DNA of 62,943 nucleotides, counting the filler, from Phoronis australis (lineage: Eukaryota > Animalia > Phoronida): the NCBI GenBank assembly GCA_002633005.1. It is 9 parts of 9 records of this genome, joined end to end, with 100 filler letters (N's around TTAATTAATTAA, not from the genome) between each part and the next. Parts side by side here need not be neighbours in the genome. Positions count along the whole stretch, not along the records: positions 50,070 to 52,721 come from NMRA01003522.1; positions 52,822 to 55,962 come from NMRA01003193.1; positions 56,063 to 59,021 come from NMRA01001635.1; positions 59,122 to 62,943 come from NMRA01002823.1; 5 more parts are not named here. One strand, 5' to 3'. The stretch's first letter is position 1, and every line of letters starts with the position of its first letter. The notes under the pieces were generated by a model. The model did not search any database. It saw only the letters and a program-made list of their open reading frames with translations, and had not been told where the DNA came from. The position numbers and the translations under genes are program-made. Shown one piece after another: positions 50,857 to 62,943 of the stretch.

Positions 50857-52069
50857 CAGTGGCGGACCTAGCTAGCCAGCTAGCTGTATGAAGACTATCG
50901 TCAAAATACAGGTAGGTACCTCTGTGTGTATTTCTTCCGTAGACCCCGAAATTGCTCACAGTCAGGGTAGTTCTGCTGGTCAACTCACCGTGAAACTTGT
51001 TTCAACATGTAAACCTAAAGACCGGACGAGGTGCATGCAAAATCTGGAAGTCAACGGATACTCACCTTGCCTGTTACAACCGTTTAAGTGAAAAACAATG
51101 CAACAAATGTCATTTTCAGTTGCATCATTCTCAACCTTTTGTAACAATGAAAAGTATGTTGTCCTTTTGAAAACAGTACGCTCATGTCATGCGCATTTCC
51201 TAAATTTTTGCGACAACTTCGCAGCAGCAAAATTTGTTCTGAAATTCCATAACGTTATATTGTCGTGATATACCGTCCAGCTGTATCAGGCAGGCTAGTC
51301 CCCATGGTCAAAAATAGCAGGTGTTTCCGCTCAATTACTCTTTAATGCACTTTAATCTGATTGTGGTAAGATAAGAGCTGCCTGAAGAATTAGGACGATT
51401 GATATCATTTTTCGCCCTTTTTGTAGACGAAAACAGAGTCCATATTTGAATTTTTCATAAAAAATTGTGTGAGTTTAATTTTCCCCCACAAAAATCGGTT
51501 AAGTTTTTTGGGAGATAGTTGACAACTTGATGCTAAATGACGCCAGTGTGAATGAAAGTAGTTCACAACTGGTCAAATCTAATTACCATATTTATTGCCT
51601 GCAGCTAGAGTCCAGACAAAGGCCTATTCATATCAGTGATAACTGGTGAGCAGCTTATACTCCCTGAAGCCCCTAAGTTTACCTCACAGGCAAAATGAAG
51701 TTATTCGGTTTTTGGGTATTGAAATTCTAAAAACTTATAATGAAGTGAAACCAGTTCCAATAATTTGTTGAGACGTGTACGCAACCTCGTGAAAGAATAA
51801 CAGTTGATTGAAGAATCGGCAAAAAAGAAACTTGCCAATAGGTGACGCAATATTTCATGGCACCAAAAGCCGACGCAGAACATTGGTCCACAACTTTAGC
51901 AGCAGAATAACGGTAGAACGCCATTTTTTCTGACACCGTTAAATAATTTAGTTTATTCAAGGAAGACTGTAGTTTTTAATGACACTAATTTTGTGTCAGA
52001 TTTTATCTTACCACTCTTTACCCACATCGGCGCAAAGCTGTATATTTAGTATACAGCTTTGTACCAAGG

Positions 52070-52352
52070 CTATGGCAGACCTAGGATACTATAACGTGGG
52101 GCCCAACATGTTGCTTCTGGGGAATTGGGCAAAGCGCGGTTGTACCCGGTGGTCGGGGATGTGGACCTTTTGTTCGAGAAATCATATAGGATTAAAAAAC
52201 GGCGATACAACCCCCGTCAGAGGACCCCCCTTCGTCCGTTACCGGTCCTTCTTGCTGAACTTAATACTTCTTCATGCTACTGTTGTTTCGTTTTGCTTCC
52301 GGCAGCCAAGGGGTGGCGGCAGGCCCCCTGGGTCCCCCAAAATCTGCCTATG
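52070..52352. mobile_element. MITE of the CA(G/T)TGGCGGATC family; related ends near 26430-26660, 30223, 33575, 47958, 49945, 50857
   Basis: Ends TATGGCAGACCTAGGA / AAATCTGCCTATG with G-run and C-run subterminals, shared between several contigs. Confidence 0.5.
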
Positions 52353-53340
52353 CCTTGTAGGATCGGTATGGTCGAGATTTAACAGATGTATTCCAATGAA
52401 GCTGTGCTGTGGACAGGCGATGACGAGTTTCGGATCGATTCTCCTGCCACCTAGTGGGAATTTTATTTTTTAAGTTCGACTCTGTATCTTGATAGATTTT
52501 CATGAAATTTGGCAAACCTCCTCATTTTCATATAAATTTAACATATTCTGTGCCACCTGGTGGCCATTTATAAAAAATTAGTGCATTTTTGTTGTCCACC
52601 TCTCTCTCCCTGAATATACCACTCAAGTGATCATCTTGAAAATTGACAGTTGTTCCTGACGAGAAGACTGCAGCCGCCATTAATTAACTTTGGTACCCCC
52701 TTAAGGGACAATTTTGGACTTNNNNNNNNNNNNNNNNNNNNNNNNNNNNNNNNNNNNNNNNNNNNTTAATTAATTAANNNNNNNNNNNNNNNNNNNNNNN
52801 NNNNNNNNNNNNNNNNNNNNNCAACTCTCAAAACGAGGCATTTTTGTAAAAAAATAGTCTTATTTGTACACTGCTCAGAACGCAAAAACTAGGCTTCAAA
52901 ATCCCAACAATATTTTTGAGACATAATGTAGTTTTCAATTAAAAATGTTATTAAGTAAAATCAACTGGGGGGTCTTATTTTGCTATGAATGTAACTTTCT
53001 AGTGAACATGAAAATTTGACTTAAAAATGTCACGTAACAATAAAAAGACATAGTAGTAAGAAGCATTTTTAGAACCTTCTATCTTTTTCCTTTCAGAAAA
53101 TCTGTACTTTTAATGGTTGACAAATCATACTTTTTCAGATATATGACTTAAGAGTTGAGGTCATTCATTGAAGTCTTAAATAAACCTCAAGTTCATGGTT
53201 TTCGCACCCTAGAAAGGTGATAATTACTGAGGCGGAGCCAGGATCAATATGCAATTTTTGGGGTCTGAAACCAACATATTGACCGAAAGTGAAAGTCAAC
53301 AATTTTCTTGTTATATAAGTACTTCATAGACAGAAGCCCC

Positions 53341-53758
53341 GCCCCGTTTAGACATCAACTTTTGGCCCGGCACAACTGACACGGAGCAAATTGACCTTTG
53401 TCAAGCGGCTGTTTACACACAACTCCCTAACCGTGGCAAGACGGAAATTGCAGGCTGGAGAGACTGGATTGCACATGCGCAGGTTTACAAATGACGAGAG
53501 GTGCAGAGACAAAGAACCCGTATGAAGGTCATTACACAAGCGCAGTAGAGATGACTCTTTCCGCCTTGTTCCAGTTTCGCGTTTAGATTTATAATTGACA
53601 CAGCACAAGATGTTCGGGCGCAAATTGCTCTACCTCACAAATGGGTGACAAAAATTTGTCACTGCCGTGTCAATTTGCTCCGTGGCAGTCCGTTTACACA
53701 CTGAAACAACTTGTTCCGTGTCAGCTGATCCATGTCAACTTTTAAGTGTAAACGACAC
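53341..53758. mobile_element. PIF/Harbinger-like MITE
   Basis: Imperfect TIRs GCCCCGTTTAGACAT / AAGTGTAAACGACAC, with internal GTTTACAC and TGACACGGA/TCCGTGTCA repeats. Confidence 0.45.
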
Positions 53759-54899
53759 TATAGAGGCTAAGTTTAATCTTTTGAATGTTTTTCATTAACC
53801 AAAAATGAATTTCGAAAAAACTTTTAATATGTTATGAATTGATAACGGAACAATCGTAGTTTTTAATGCAAAACAACCATCATTTAGTTACAACCATGCC
53901 ATCACAAACTGGCAGTCAGCATGTTCAGAGCAAGTGCCTATGGAAAACACCTTTTAAACAATAGTGTAATGTGGAACTGCGATGCCTTTTGTGTAGCTTT
54001 GCTTTCAATGAGTAGCTTATACTTAAGAATTATTGAAAAACGAATGAGACGTCAGACTCTGGATGACATAAAACGACTTCAAGTTCAGCAATCTAATGGT
54101 GATTCAGTAATGTAGTGGCTTGTGAACAGGAAGATTGAATCATAATAAGACCTCAAATACTTCACAAAAAGTTTTCATGAAGAATTGAAACTGTCACCTT
54201 AGCAAAGGTTAATATGAAAGTCAGAGCAGCCAATAATACACATGGACTGATGATGAGTTTAAATGTTCGCATCTGTACAAACAATAAAACAACTCCATAT
54301 ACTGACTGGTTGTACAGTCATATAGATTGCTGCTGTCATAATGCAATTTTAATTCCTTTCAAAAAATAGTAATGCAGATCTAGTCACCTTTCAATCCAGA
54401 GATCATCTTGTTAAGAAACCATAACTTTACCAATGCACCACCAGCATGTTATTGAAATCTTTCAAACTCATTTGTCATCTGGATTCTGACGTCACTCCAC
54501 TTCAGTCATTATCACATTTTTGGCATCTGAAAACGAACATATTGACCTCGGTAACAGTCAATAATAGTATTACATTAACCTGAAAAATCCCAAGCCACTG
54601 AATCTACTTGCCAAGTGGTTCTATACTTGAAAGAATGATAAAATGGTTCAAAGCTCAATTACGTAGTATGCAATTTCCTCTGTTCAGAAAGTAACTTAGA
54701 TAACCTTCCCTGTTTCATTGCAAGCAAAAATACCAACTTGTAATAAAGTGATACCTTAAGTTGTGTACAACACACAAATATTCCACCTTGTAATGAAGTG
54801 CTACCTAATGTTCTGTGCAACAAAGAAATCATAGACCAATAATATAATGAAACAAAAGCTTCAGACCATTCTTAACTATCTACAAATATACAAAAACCA

Positions 54900-55900
54900 A
54901 CGAACAGATGTGATACCTACCAGTGAACTACCTCCATTATAAGGTATAAATCCCTTGCATGTTTATCCAGATATCTCTCCCTCAGTATTAGCCTGTCACA
55001 GACAAGGCTTAACCTGGATCGTGTGAGCATCTTCAACAGAACTTAACCAACTTCATTCATAAAGTTTGTTACAAGCTGGACAAAGCTGATACAGTATATG
55101 GTTATCCTGGCACCTCTCCCTCGGATTTGCTTTGTGACAAATGACGTAAATGCCAGATTCCCACAAAGGCAGTACATCTTCAACAGTACCTACCAGCAAA
55201 CTGACTTATCCACTAATGACGTCCTCGCTAAGGATCCAACAGATGACATTTATCCAGGTATCCCTAACTTAGGATAGGTTCATGATGGACGGCGAGAATG
55301 CGATGCCTCGTAAACTTTGCACATCTTCACCTGTACCTACAAGCTATCTCCACTCCATAACATTTATAGTAATCATGAAGAAATGACATTTATCCAGGAA
55401 TCCCTCCCTTAGCAATGCTTTGCAACTGACGTTGGGTACACTGGGTTCTCGGGAAATTTGTGCCTTTAGCAGTTTCTACCAGCAAACTACCTCCATTTCA
55501 ATTACGATGTCTGTTATAAGCAGGAAGAAACTGATTATGTGCCCATCCTGTCATCCCTCCCTAAACATGGTATTGAGTTGGAAGACAAGTAGGCTGCATT
55601 CTTGTGAAACCTGTCTCGCTGCCAGTACCAAAAGGCATACTCCATTCAATCCATTTATGATGTCTGTTGCCAGCAGGAAGACACCAATGACTCATTCTGA
55701 CATGCTTTCCTTAGCATAGGTTTTGTGATTGACAAGTTCACTGCATTCCTGTTAAATGTGCACATCTTCACCACTACCCAATGTGCACATCTTCACCACT
55801 ACCCAACACCAGACCAAACATTACACGAGGAAAGAAAGTGATTATGTGCTCATCCTGGAATGCTTTCCTTACTATTAGCTTTCAACAGATGACAACTATA
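54900..55900. repeat. Highly degenerate tandem repeat (~130-150-bp period)
   Basis: Recurrent ACATCTTCA(A/C)C, GACATTTATCCAGG, TACCAGCAAACT and TGATTATGTGC motifs. Confidence 0.45.
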
Positions 55901-56531
55901 CCAGCCTAGTTTCCATTGCATTTGAGAGTAACTGCAGTAAGATGTTGAACATTGGAGATATCNNNNNNNNNNNNNNNNNNNNNNNNNNNNNNNNNNNNNN
56001 NNNNNNTTAATTAATTAANNNNNNNNNNNNNNNNNNNNNNNNNNNNNNNNNNNNNNNNNNNNGTGTATATTTGTTTTTAAAATGATAACAAGAAGACCAT
56101 GTTCTCACTAATGAATGTAAATTCTCACAATTGGTACTGTATTGAACAATGCATGTTGGTATTCCAATTTACAAGTATAGTTGATGCCCTAGGTGCTCTA
56201 GGTCATTTATGCTTGGTTCTCATGTTGTGGAATAATAATCCCTTACAGGGTTCTGCCTTTTGTGTACCAGTTTTCTCCACTAAATATCAGGCATCAAACG
56301 GGTTTAAAACTCCAGAACCTTTGTAAGTGACTATTGCCCAAAGCTGCTCAAATATCTCTATATTTGGTACTTTTTGAAAAAACAATTGTCACAATTGGCA
56401 GAAATTCATTGGGTAAAGCCTTATTTTGTTAAATACCTTCCGATGGAATGATATTTGTTATTCAGTTTACGTTCCGTTGAATCATGCAGGTGTACTATTT
56501 TGTTATAATGTGTTTATGTGTGTGCCCTCAG

Positions 56532-56711
56532 ATGACCACATCCCGCCTAAAGTATTGGCTAACAAGCCTCTATCAGTGACGGAGGGTTCAGCAGCCCGAC
56601 TGACCACTGACCACCTCTCTGCAGCTGATGATGATTCAGAGCCAGCCGGTCTGCGCTTCATTCTTCTCACAGTACCAGATAAGGGTCACCTGGAATTGGT
56701 CAATAATCCAG
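56532..56711 (+). CDS. FRAS1: FRAS1/FREM family extracellular matrix protein, CSPG-repeat exon
   Basis: cctcag|AT...CCAG|gtagga, 180 bp. Translation DDHIPPKVLANKPLSVTEGSAARLTTDHLSAADDDSEPAGLRFILLTVPDKGHLELVNNP. Confidence 0.75.
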
Positions 56712-57111
56712 GTAGGATTTAACTGAAGAGAGAGAAAGGGAATCATCCAGGTGCTTTGATATCTGTCTGGTCCTGTCGAAGGAAAAATGTGTCTCCCTGG
56801 TTAACCTTGTACTGAAGATATCCTTTGACTACTGTTTAACTATAAAATGTACAGAAAGACAAATAGACATACTGACGTGTAGAAGAACATTGTTTGAATA
56901 GAAAATACTTATAATTACTGAAGGGCGATCTAAAATGAAGAATGTTTTTAGCGTTTACAGAACTGTTCTAATATGTTTCCTACTATATACAACCAGTGCA
57001 CAATGCAGTGGGCAGGGCGGCCTCAATTTGGCCTATGTATATCAGATGTAGTATAAAAGCATCTGGGTAACTGAGGCATTTTTGTTGATGTTTCAACCTC
57101 TAAGTCAGTTG

Positions 57112-57981
57112 ATAAATATAGATTATTACATGGCGAAGTCGTTATCCCCCGTTATCTAGAGCCCGAGTGGATTTTGGAGAATTATTGCCCGAGGGGCGTT
57201 AGCCCCGAGGGTGATAATTCTCCAAAATCCACTCGGGCTCTAGATAAGGGGGATAACGACTGAGAACATGTAATAATCTATTTATACCACATACTAAACG
57301 AGAAACATTGCAATGAATCGATTTACCTTTTCTGACTCTCCACGGCTTTGTAACTACTTTCTGTGTCAGAGGCCCGAGGTCGGAGGTCGTGACCTTTTAA
57401 GAAAAGCCGGGCTATTTTTGTCAAATAATGCTTTTACTCAAAACCAATTGAAAAAACTTAAATATAATAGAAATAAACTGAATTTATAAATTAACGTTTA
57501 CCAACTATTATAGCTTAAAACACGATTTTTCACGCTGAGCTTCGACCGGGAAATTATCGTCTGCTAAAGTAGGTTACCACTGGTAACTGAATATAATTTT
57601 CAAGCCAAAGATCCTGACGACACGATACCCTGGAGATCGGTGATTTACAAGTAAGAGGACATGAGAGAAATATTTCATTGAATTAAGATATCATTTTTAT
57701 GGAAATTATGTGTCTTATTTTCCGTAGCGTATATGTACAGTACAATACGGTTTGTTGAACGTGCGATTATTGCGCGTGCTCATTTAAGTATTCTATTTTC
57801 ACATTTGATGACGTCAGCTGCTGCGTGGTGTAGTGGTTAAGGTCGGCGACTAGCAAACTCAAGGTCCCGGGTTCGACTACGTCCTCGGTTTCCCGCCAAA
57901 TCGTTATCTCACTAGTGAGATAACTTTATGGGTTATTACACGGTTGTATCTGCCATTTGACGCCAATATTGTGGTATAAAT
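57112..57981. mobile_element. Crypton-like non-autonomous element with a long terminal hairpin
   Basis: ~170-bp near-perfect palindrome at 57112-57285 with a GCGTTAGC apex. ATTTATACCACA (57280) is inverted relative to TGTGGTATAAAT (57970-57981). Confidence 0.55.
57818..57890 (+). pseudogene. tRNA-like sequence (Pol III A/B boxes) inside the hairpin element
   Basis: TGGTGTAGTGGTTAAG...GGGTTCGACT. The T-stem and acceptor stem do not pair, so this is not a functional tRNA. Confidence 0.5.
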
Positions 57982-58159
57982 AGTTTTACAAAGCACACTT
58001 CGATAAAAAACATCACAAGTTCGCCGAGGGACAAGAAGTACACTGAAACTCGATATCTACACAAATCAAGCTGGCCTGGTCCGTCGCGAGACCTAAAGCG
58101 TACTTTGCAAAAAATTTGAATCGAAAACTTCTCTCCAGACACTTTTTAATACCCAGTGG

Positions 58160-58870
58160 TTGCTCATATGTGTAGTTTACACATCTGGTGGTCAACTGCT
58201 GCGAGAGATTGTCTAGGAAGGGTTTTCGCACCGTTCTGTAGTACTCACTGGAAGAAAAAGGTATTGAGTACAGATTTAAGTACGCACTACGTGAAATAGA
58301 TTTTGGATACGAAGCAGATAGAGTCGAGTGGAAATACAAACCAGAATCAGTTTCTGTACGCTCGTAGACCCTCTGCTGTACTGGGTAAATTTGGAATGTC
58401 TAAAAATAATTTCTATTTCGTTTTCATTATACACATGCATAAAAAACCGACATTACAACAAACTGTGTATAATTATAACTTATTACCTGGGTGTTTCTCC
58501 AGGAACGTTGGTCCTATCTTTCTGTTGTCTGGACTGCCGAGGAATCTGTACATCGGATCCAATGGTTTGCTCCTCTTAGAACCATTCTACCCAGACATCT
58601 TCGATGTTTGTTCCCAACACTTGCACTTCGTCAACTGCTGCGTCAGTAAGCTTGTACGCCTTTACAATGTCAGCGTCTCGTTTCGCAGCTCAGTTGGCAC
58701 TAATCCCCCTGAGGTTACCAAGTCCATTCAAAAGACTTATAGCATGCGCAGCTAAATTTGATCCGTTCATCATGGACTACTTCACGCCTTGACGATGTAT
58801 CCCGGACCCATTTGCATCTCTTGCAATTTTTGAAATAAACGTCCCAATGTCTGAACGCTTGAAACCCGAA
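58160..58870 (-). mobile_element. hAT transposase pseudogene (THAP12/ZMYM1-like), with an intron
   Basis: DIVKAYKL...IEDVWVEWF*...IPRQSRQQKDRTNVPGETP|gtaat ... ccag|EYYRTVRKPFLDNLSQQLTTR, with in-frame stops. Confidence 0.75.
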
Positions 58871-59699
58871 GTACTAAAATCAAATAAATGCCCACGGGCA
58901 TGGGCGTTTCGTCGGGTGGGCCTTCCTGCGGAAATTCCCAGTATAGAAAACGGCAGTGGTGCTTATTGCAGGTAGAAACACGGTAGGTGTTGAGGTCTAC
59001 ACTAGGGCTCCTTAGGAGGCCNNNNNNNNNNNNNNNNNNNNNNNNNNNNNNNNNNNNNNNNNNNNTTAATTAATTAANNNNNNNNNNNNNNNNNNNNNNN
59101 NNNNNNNNNNNNNNNNNNNNNTGGCTTTGACATTTTCAATTACACGTTCTCCCTTCCCCGAATGACCAAAATTATCCAAACACGAGGCTACTTTTTATAA
59201 ATTCCCAGTATCACATTAAGTATCAGCTTACTCAGTAATAGGATACTTGAGCACATGTACATTAGTTTTTACTTTCTTCAGCTCCCAGTGAGACGTCTTT
59301 GCCCGGGCATGGACAACCAAGAACTTTAACTTGTCGCATAAGCATGAATGGAATGGACGAAGTCTTCCCAAGCAAGCATTTCACTCAACATCTCTCGCTT
59401 TTGAACTGTGCCCTGGATGCCTACTGTTGAGTTCCTACACTGAAGTCAAAAAGAACATTGATCCCTCAACTTCACGAACAGAAGAGTGAAAGTAACAAAA
59501 AAGGAAAGGAGGTGCAGGTGGGACAGAGGAGTGACTTGCAGAGGGAATCGCCAGTTGGTGGCAATTGGGGCAGCACAGAACTTTTAGGGGGACGTACTCA
59601 TGCCGCCACTGGTACAATGGCAGCAATGAAAAATCACCATGTTGTGTCTAAATTAGGGAGATATTAATGAATATAGCGAGAACACAAAGCGTAAAAATC

Positions 59700-62600
59700 G
59701 CACCCACAACTACACCACAAACGACATACTTCTAGGGCTGTTTATTAGTATCAGAATAAGGGCGACTAGTTGGCGCAGAATATGCTCAACCCATTCGAAA
59801 ATCACGTGTTGCCATCACTTAAATGAAAACATATTTGCCATATTTCCTGAAAATCCAACCAATGAACACCAGATATATAGAGGTAAACACAAAAAATAGA
59901 ATAGGCACCAAGAGCCACAGCGATAGCCGGATCCGTGCACAAGAATTTGTCATCAGTTCTGTTGACATTATCAAATTTGACAAAGATCTTGGAAGTGGTT
60001 AAGTGATAAAGCTATGGATGCAAGAAAAATGGCCACCAGAATATATTTGATCTGTTTTGAAAATAAAACAAGAGCAACGCAGAGCGTTGAAATGCGCCCA
60101 CGAATACAACGCAAACGGAGTGCTTCTAAGGTTGCTTATTTGTTTCATAAAAATGGCCACTAGATGGCGGTTTTTAGGAGATGCAGATGTGGGCGCAAAA
60201 CAAAACAAAACTACCACTAGGAGGTGCCACAGTGGTCAAAGTCGTTATCGTCAACCGTCCTCTTCACAATGAGAACATATATACCAATTTTAAAAATCAT
60301 CCTTAGAATGGTTTAGTTGATCGAGGGGTGGACGCCAAAAAACAGACTTGTAAACAGCAAAAATGACCACTAGGTGGCATAAAGTACCTCGATTCCATCC
60401 AAAAACAAGGACACCATCATCTCATGAATAGATGCCTACATTCCAAATTTTCTGAAAATCCGTTGGGGACCTTTGAAGATACAGAAGTTGAAACCTAAAA
60501 AACTAAAATTGCCACTAGGGGACACACCAGTAGTCAGATCCGTCCGAAAGTTGTCGTCAATTATAGTCAACATCACATCAATACACTTCCTAAATTTAGT
60601 AAAGATCCTACAAAGGATTTAGGAGATAGCCATGGGTGCAGACAAACTGCCACTAGGAAGGGTCACAGTAGTCAAAGTCATCAGAAAATCGTTGTCAGTC
60701 GTCCTCTTCGTAGTAAGAACATACATGCCAATTTTAACAATCATCCTAAGAGCGGTTTGTTTTATAGTGGGGTGGATGCCAGAAAAACAGACTCAAAAAC
60801 AGTAAAAATGGCCACTAGGTGGCGTAAACTAGGTCAAATCCATCAAAAAAACAGGAGGATATCGTCATCTCACTAATAGATGCCTACATGCCAAATTTTA
60901 TGAAAATACCTTGAGGACCTTTGAAGATACAGAGGTAAGCGTAAAAAACGAAAATTGCCATTAGGGGGCACACCAGTAGTCAGGTCTGTCCGAGAGTCGT
61001 AATCATCCGTTGCCAACATCATATCAATATACTTCCTAAATGTAGTAAAGATCTTGTCAACGGTTTAGGAGATAATAATAATATAGCCATGGGCGTACAA
61101 AACAAAACTGCCACTAGGAGGCGCCACAGTAGTCAAAGTCGTCGGAAAATCATCAACTGTTCTCTTCATAGTAAGAACATAAATGCCAGTTTTCACAATC
61201 ATCCTAGAGTGGTTTGGTTGCTAGAGGGGCGGACGCCAAAAAAATGGGACTCGAAAATAGTAAAAATGATCAGTAGATGGCCCAAATTGCCTCAAATCCA
61301 TGTGAAAACAGGAGCATAGCCTCATTTCATTAATACATGCCTACGTGCCGAATTTCATGAAAATCAGATGAGGATCCTTGAACATACAGAGGACAATGTA
61401 AAATACTATAATTGCCACCACGGAGCACAGCAGTACTTGGGTCAATCTGAAACTCGTCGCTCTCTGTCGTCAACCCCATAGAAACATACCTGCCAAATTT
61501 CAATACTATTCTGCAAGGGGCTTAGGAGATACAGCCGTGGACGCCGGACGTCCAGATAGAGACGACGGCAATATGCAACTACATATAAATATGTGGGAGC
61601 ATAAAAAGTGTCGTCGTCTCCTAAACAGAGATTAGATTTGCCAAATTTCATGAAATTTTGTCAATGAACTCAGAAGATGCAGAGGTAAACTGTCACTACA
61701 GGGCACAATAGTGGTCAGATCCGGCAGAAAGTTGACATCATTTGTGGTCACATTCAAAACCACTTGCTAAATTTCACAATCGCTTTTCATAAGGTTAAGG
61801 AGACATGGCTGTGAGCAAAAAATAATTACTAGGGGGCGCCACAGTAGTCAGCCAGTGCTAGTCGACAACAGGAACACAACTGCCAATTTTCATAATGACC
61901 TTGGGATGGTTTGGCAGATGGAGCAGTGGACATAAAAAACCAAATAAACATTGAAAATGACCACTACATGGCATAGCATATATCAAAGTCATACAAAAAC
62001 AGGAACAGGCCATCTTTTTAACAGAAACCCATTTGCAAACCTTCATGAAAAGGTAAACGTAAAAATAAAATAAAATAAAAAATAATTAGGAGGCACACCG
62101 GTAGTCGGATCAGTCCAAAAGTCGTTGTCATTTGTTGCCACGCCCCCAGAAAAACACTTGCCTAATCTCACAAAGATCCTACAAGGGTCAAAAAGATAAA
62201 GCAATAGCAGATCTATGCAAACCAATAAATTAGGGGTGACATTAGGGGCTCATCCAAAAATCAATTACAGCTATAGTCTTTTTCGAAAAAAACACATTCA
62301 GTCATTACAATCTTCAAAATGATCTTTCAAGCAGTTTTCAGGCTAGCGAGCCAAACACCAAAGACAGACTCAAAAATAACAAAAATGGCCACTAGGTGGT
62401 GCAGAATATGTTGAATTTGTCCAAACAGGGGAAGGCAACGTTTTCTCCTAAATACAAACCTATTTTTCATGTTTTATGAAGATCCACTTAGGAATTCCAA
62501 AGATACAAAGGTAAACATAAAAAATAAATTTGCCACTAGGGGATATAGTAGCTGTTACATCCATATCAAAAAGGACACCAGATGCTCAGACTGCAATATG
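59700..62600 (+). repeat. Degenerate higher-order tandem repeat (~150-bp monomers, ~445-bp trimer); inverted fragment at ~52430-52575
   Basis: Recurrent GCCACTAGG(T/G/A)GGC and CCAAATTT(C/T)ATGAAAAT motifs, with matching subunits 445-446 bp apart (60366/60811; 60511/60957). Confidence 0.85.
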
Positions 62601-62943
62601 CACTTACATTATGTACAGTGTGCCCATGAAAATGACAATAACATAAGCATACTTACTGCGGTAGCCAAGCCAATAAGCTTCGAATTGTATCCACCTGTCT
62701 CTATCACTTGACAAGGATGTGTCATATAGAGCACATCATGCTGTTACAGTCGATACAAGTCAGCGATTTGCTGGATCTTCTCAAAAGCCACAGCCTGTTC
62801 TGATAAAACACGCAACTTGCATACACAAATGATCGACGCTCCACGAAACCTCGAAATGAGCAGCAAGTGCAATTCTGCTCAATAAAACCGCGCGTATTAC
62901 AAATGACAACAAAAAAGGGATACGTGTCGCAATAGAAAAATTA

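Noticed and set aside
54431-54526. Minus-strand exon-like segment (ttttcag|...|gtaaag)
   Set aside because: Stops in all three frames. It could be UTR or non-coding, but this cannot be supported.
57818-57890. Functional tRNA gene (also 48225-48287)
   Set aside because: A and B boxes are present but the acceptor and T stems do not pair, and both lie inside repeats.
59282-59667. Possible exon before the satellite
   Set aside because: In-frame stop near 59427 and no recognisable homology.
1-62943. Apparent clustering of PDE4DIP-, DMXL-, CCDC88-, TIMM10B- and FRAS1-like genes as a functional neighbourhood
   Set aside because: They lie on separate contigs joined by artificial N/TTAATTAATTAA linkers, so their adjacency is meaningless.

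Overview
This is animal (marine-invertebrate-like) genomic DNA, not prokaryotic, and it is not one locus. Eight identical 100-bp linkers (N44-TTAATTAATTAA-N44) join nine unrelated contigs: 1-8222, 8323-39098, 39199-42997, 43098-46815, 46916-49969, 50070-52721, 52822-55962, 56063-59021 and 59122-62943. Exons that I could splice by hand give fragments of myomegalin/CDK5RAP2-like, DMXL (rabconnectin-3 alpha), Girdin/Daple (CCDC88), TIMM10B-like and FRAS1-like genes. They also give one apparently complete 5-exon gene for a secreted PAN/Apple-like protein with an unnamed Trp-rich domain. The rest is dense transposon debris: Kolobok-type TTAA elements (one with THAP and P2X7-ballast/KolX-like remnants, present twice), two Academ-type remnants, a TG..CA foldback element, a Crypton-like hairpin element, hAT, LINE and Penelope remnants, MITEs and satellites. 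The most notable observations are: a ~150/445-bp higher-order repeat with a co-oriented CTCF-like motif in most monomers; a minisatellite built from a Girdin splice donor; a candidate internal first exon in the myomegalin-like gene; and an empty-versus-filled Academ insertion site inside a duplicated Kolobok element. I did not find a convincing intact, multi-gene novel system. All family calls come from recognising motifs by eye, with no database search.
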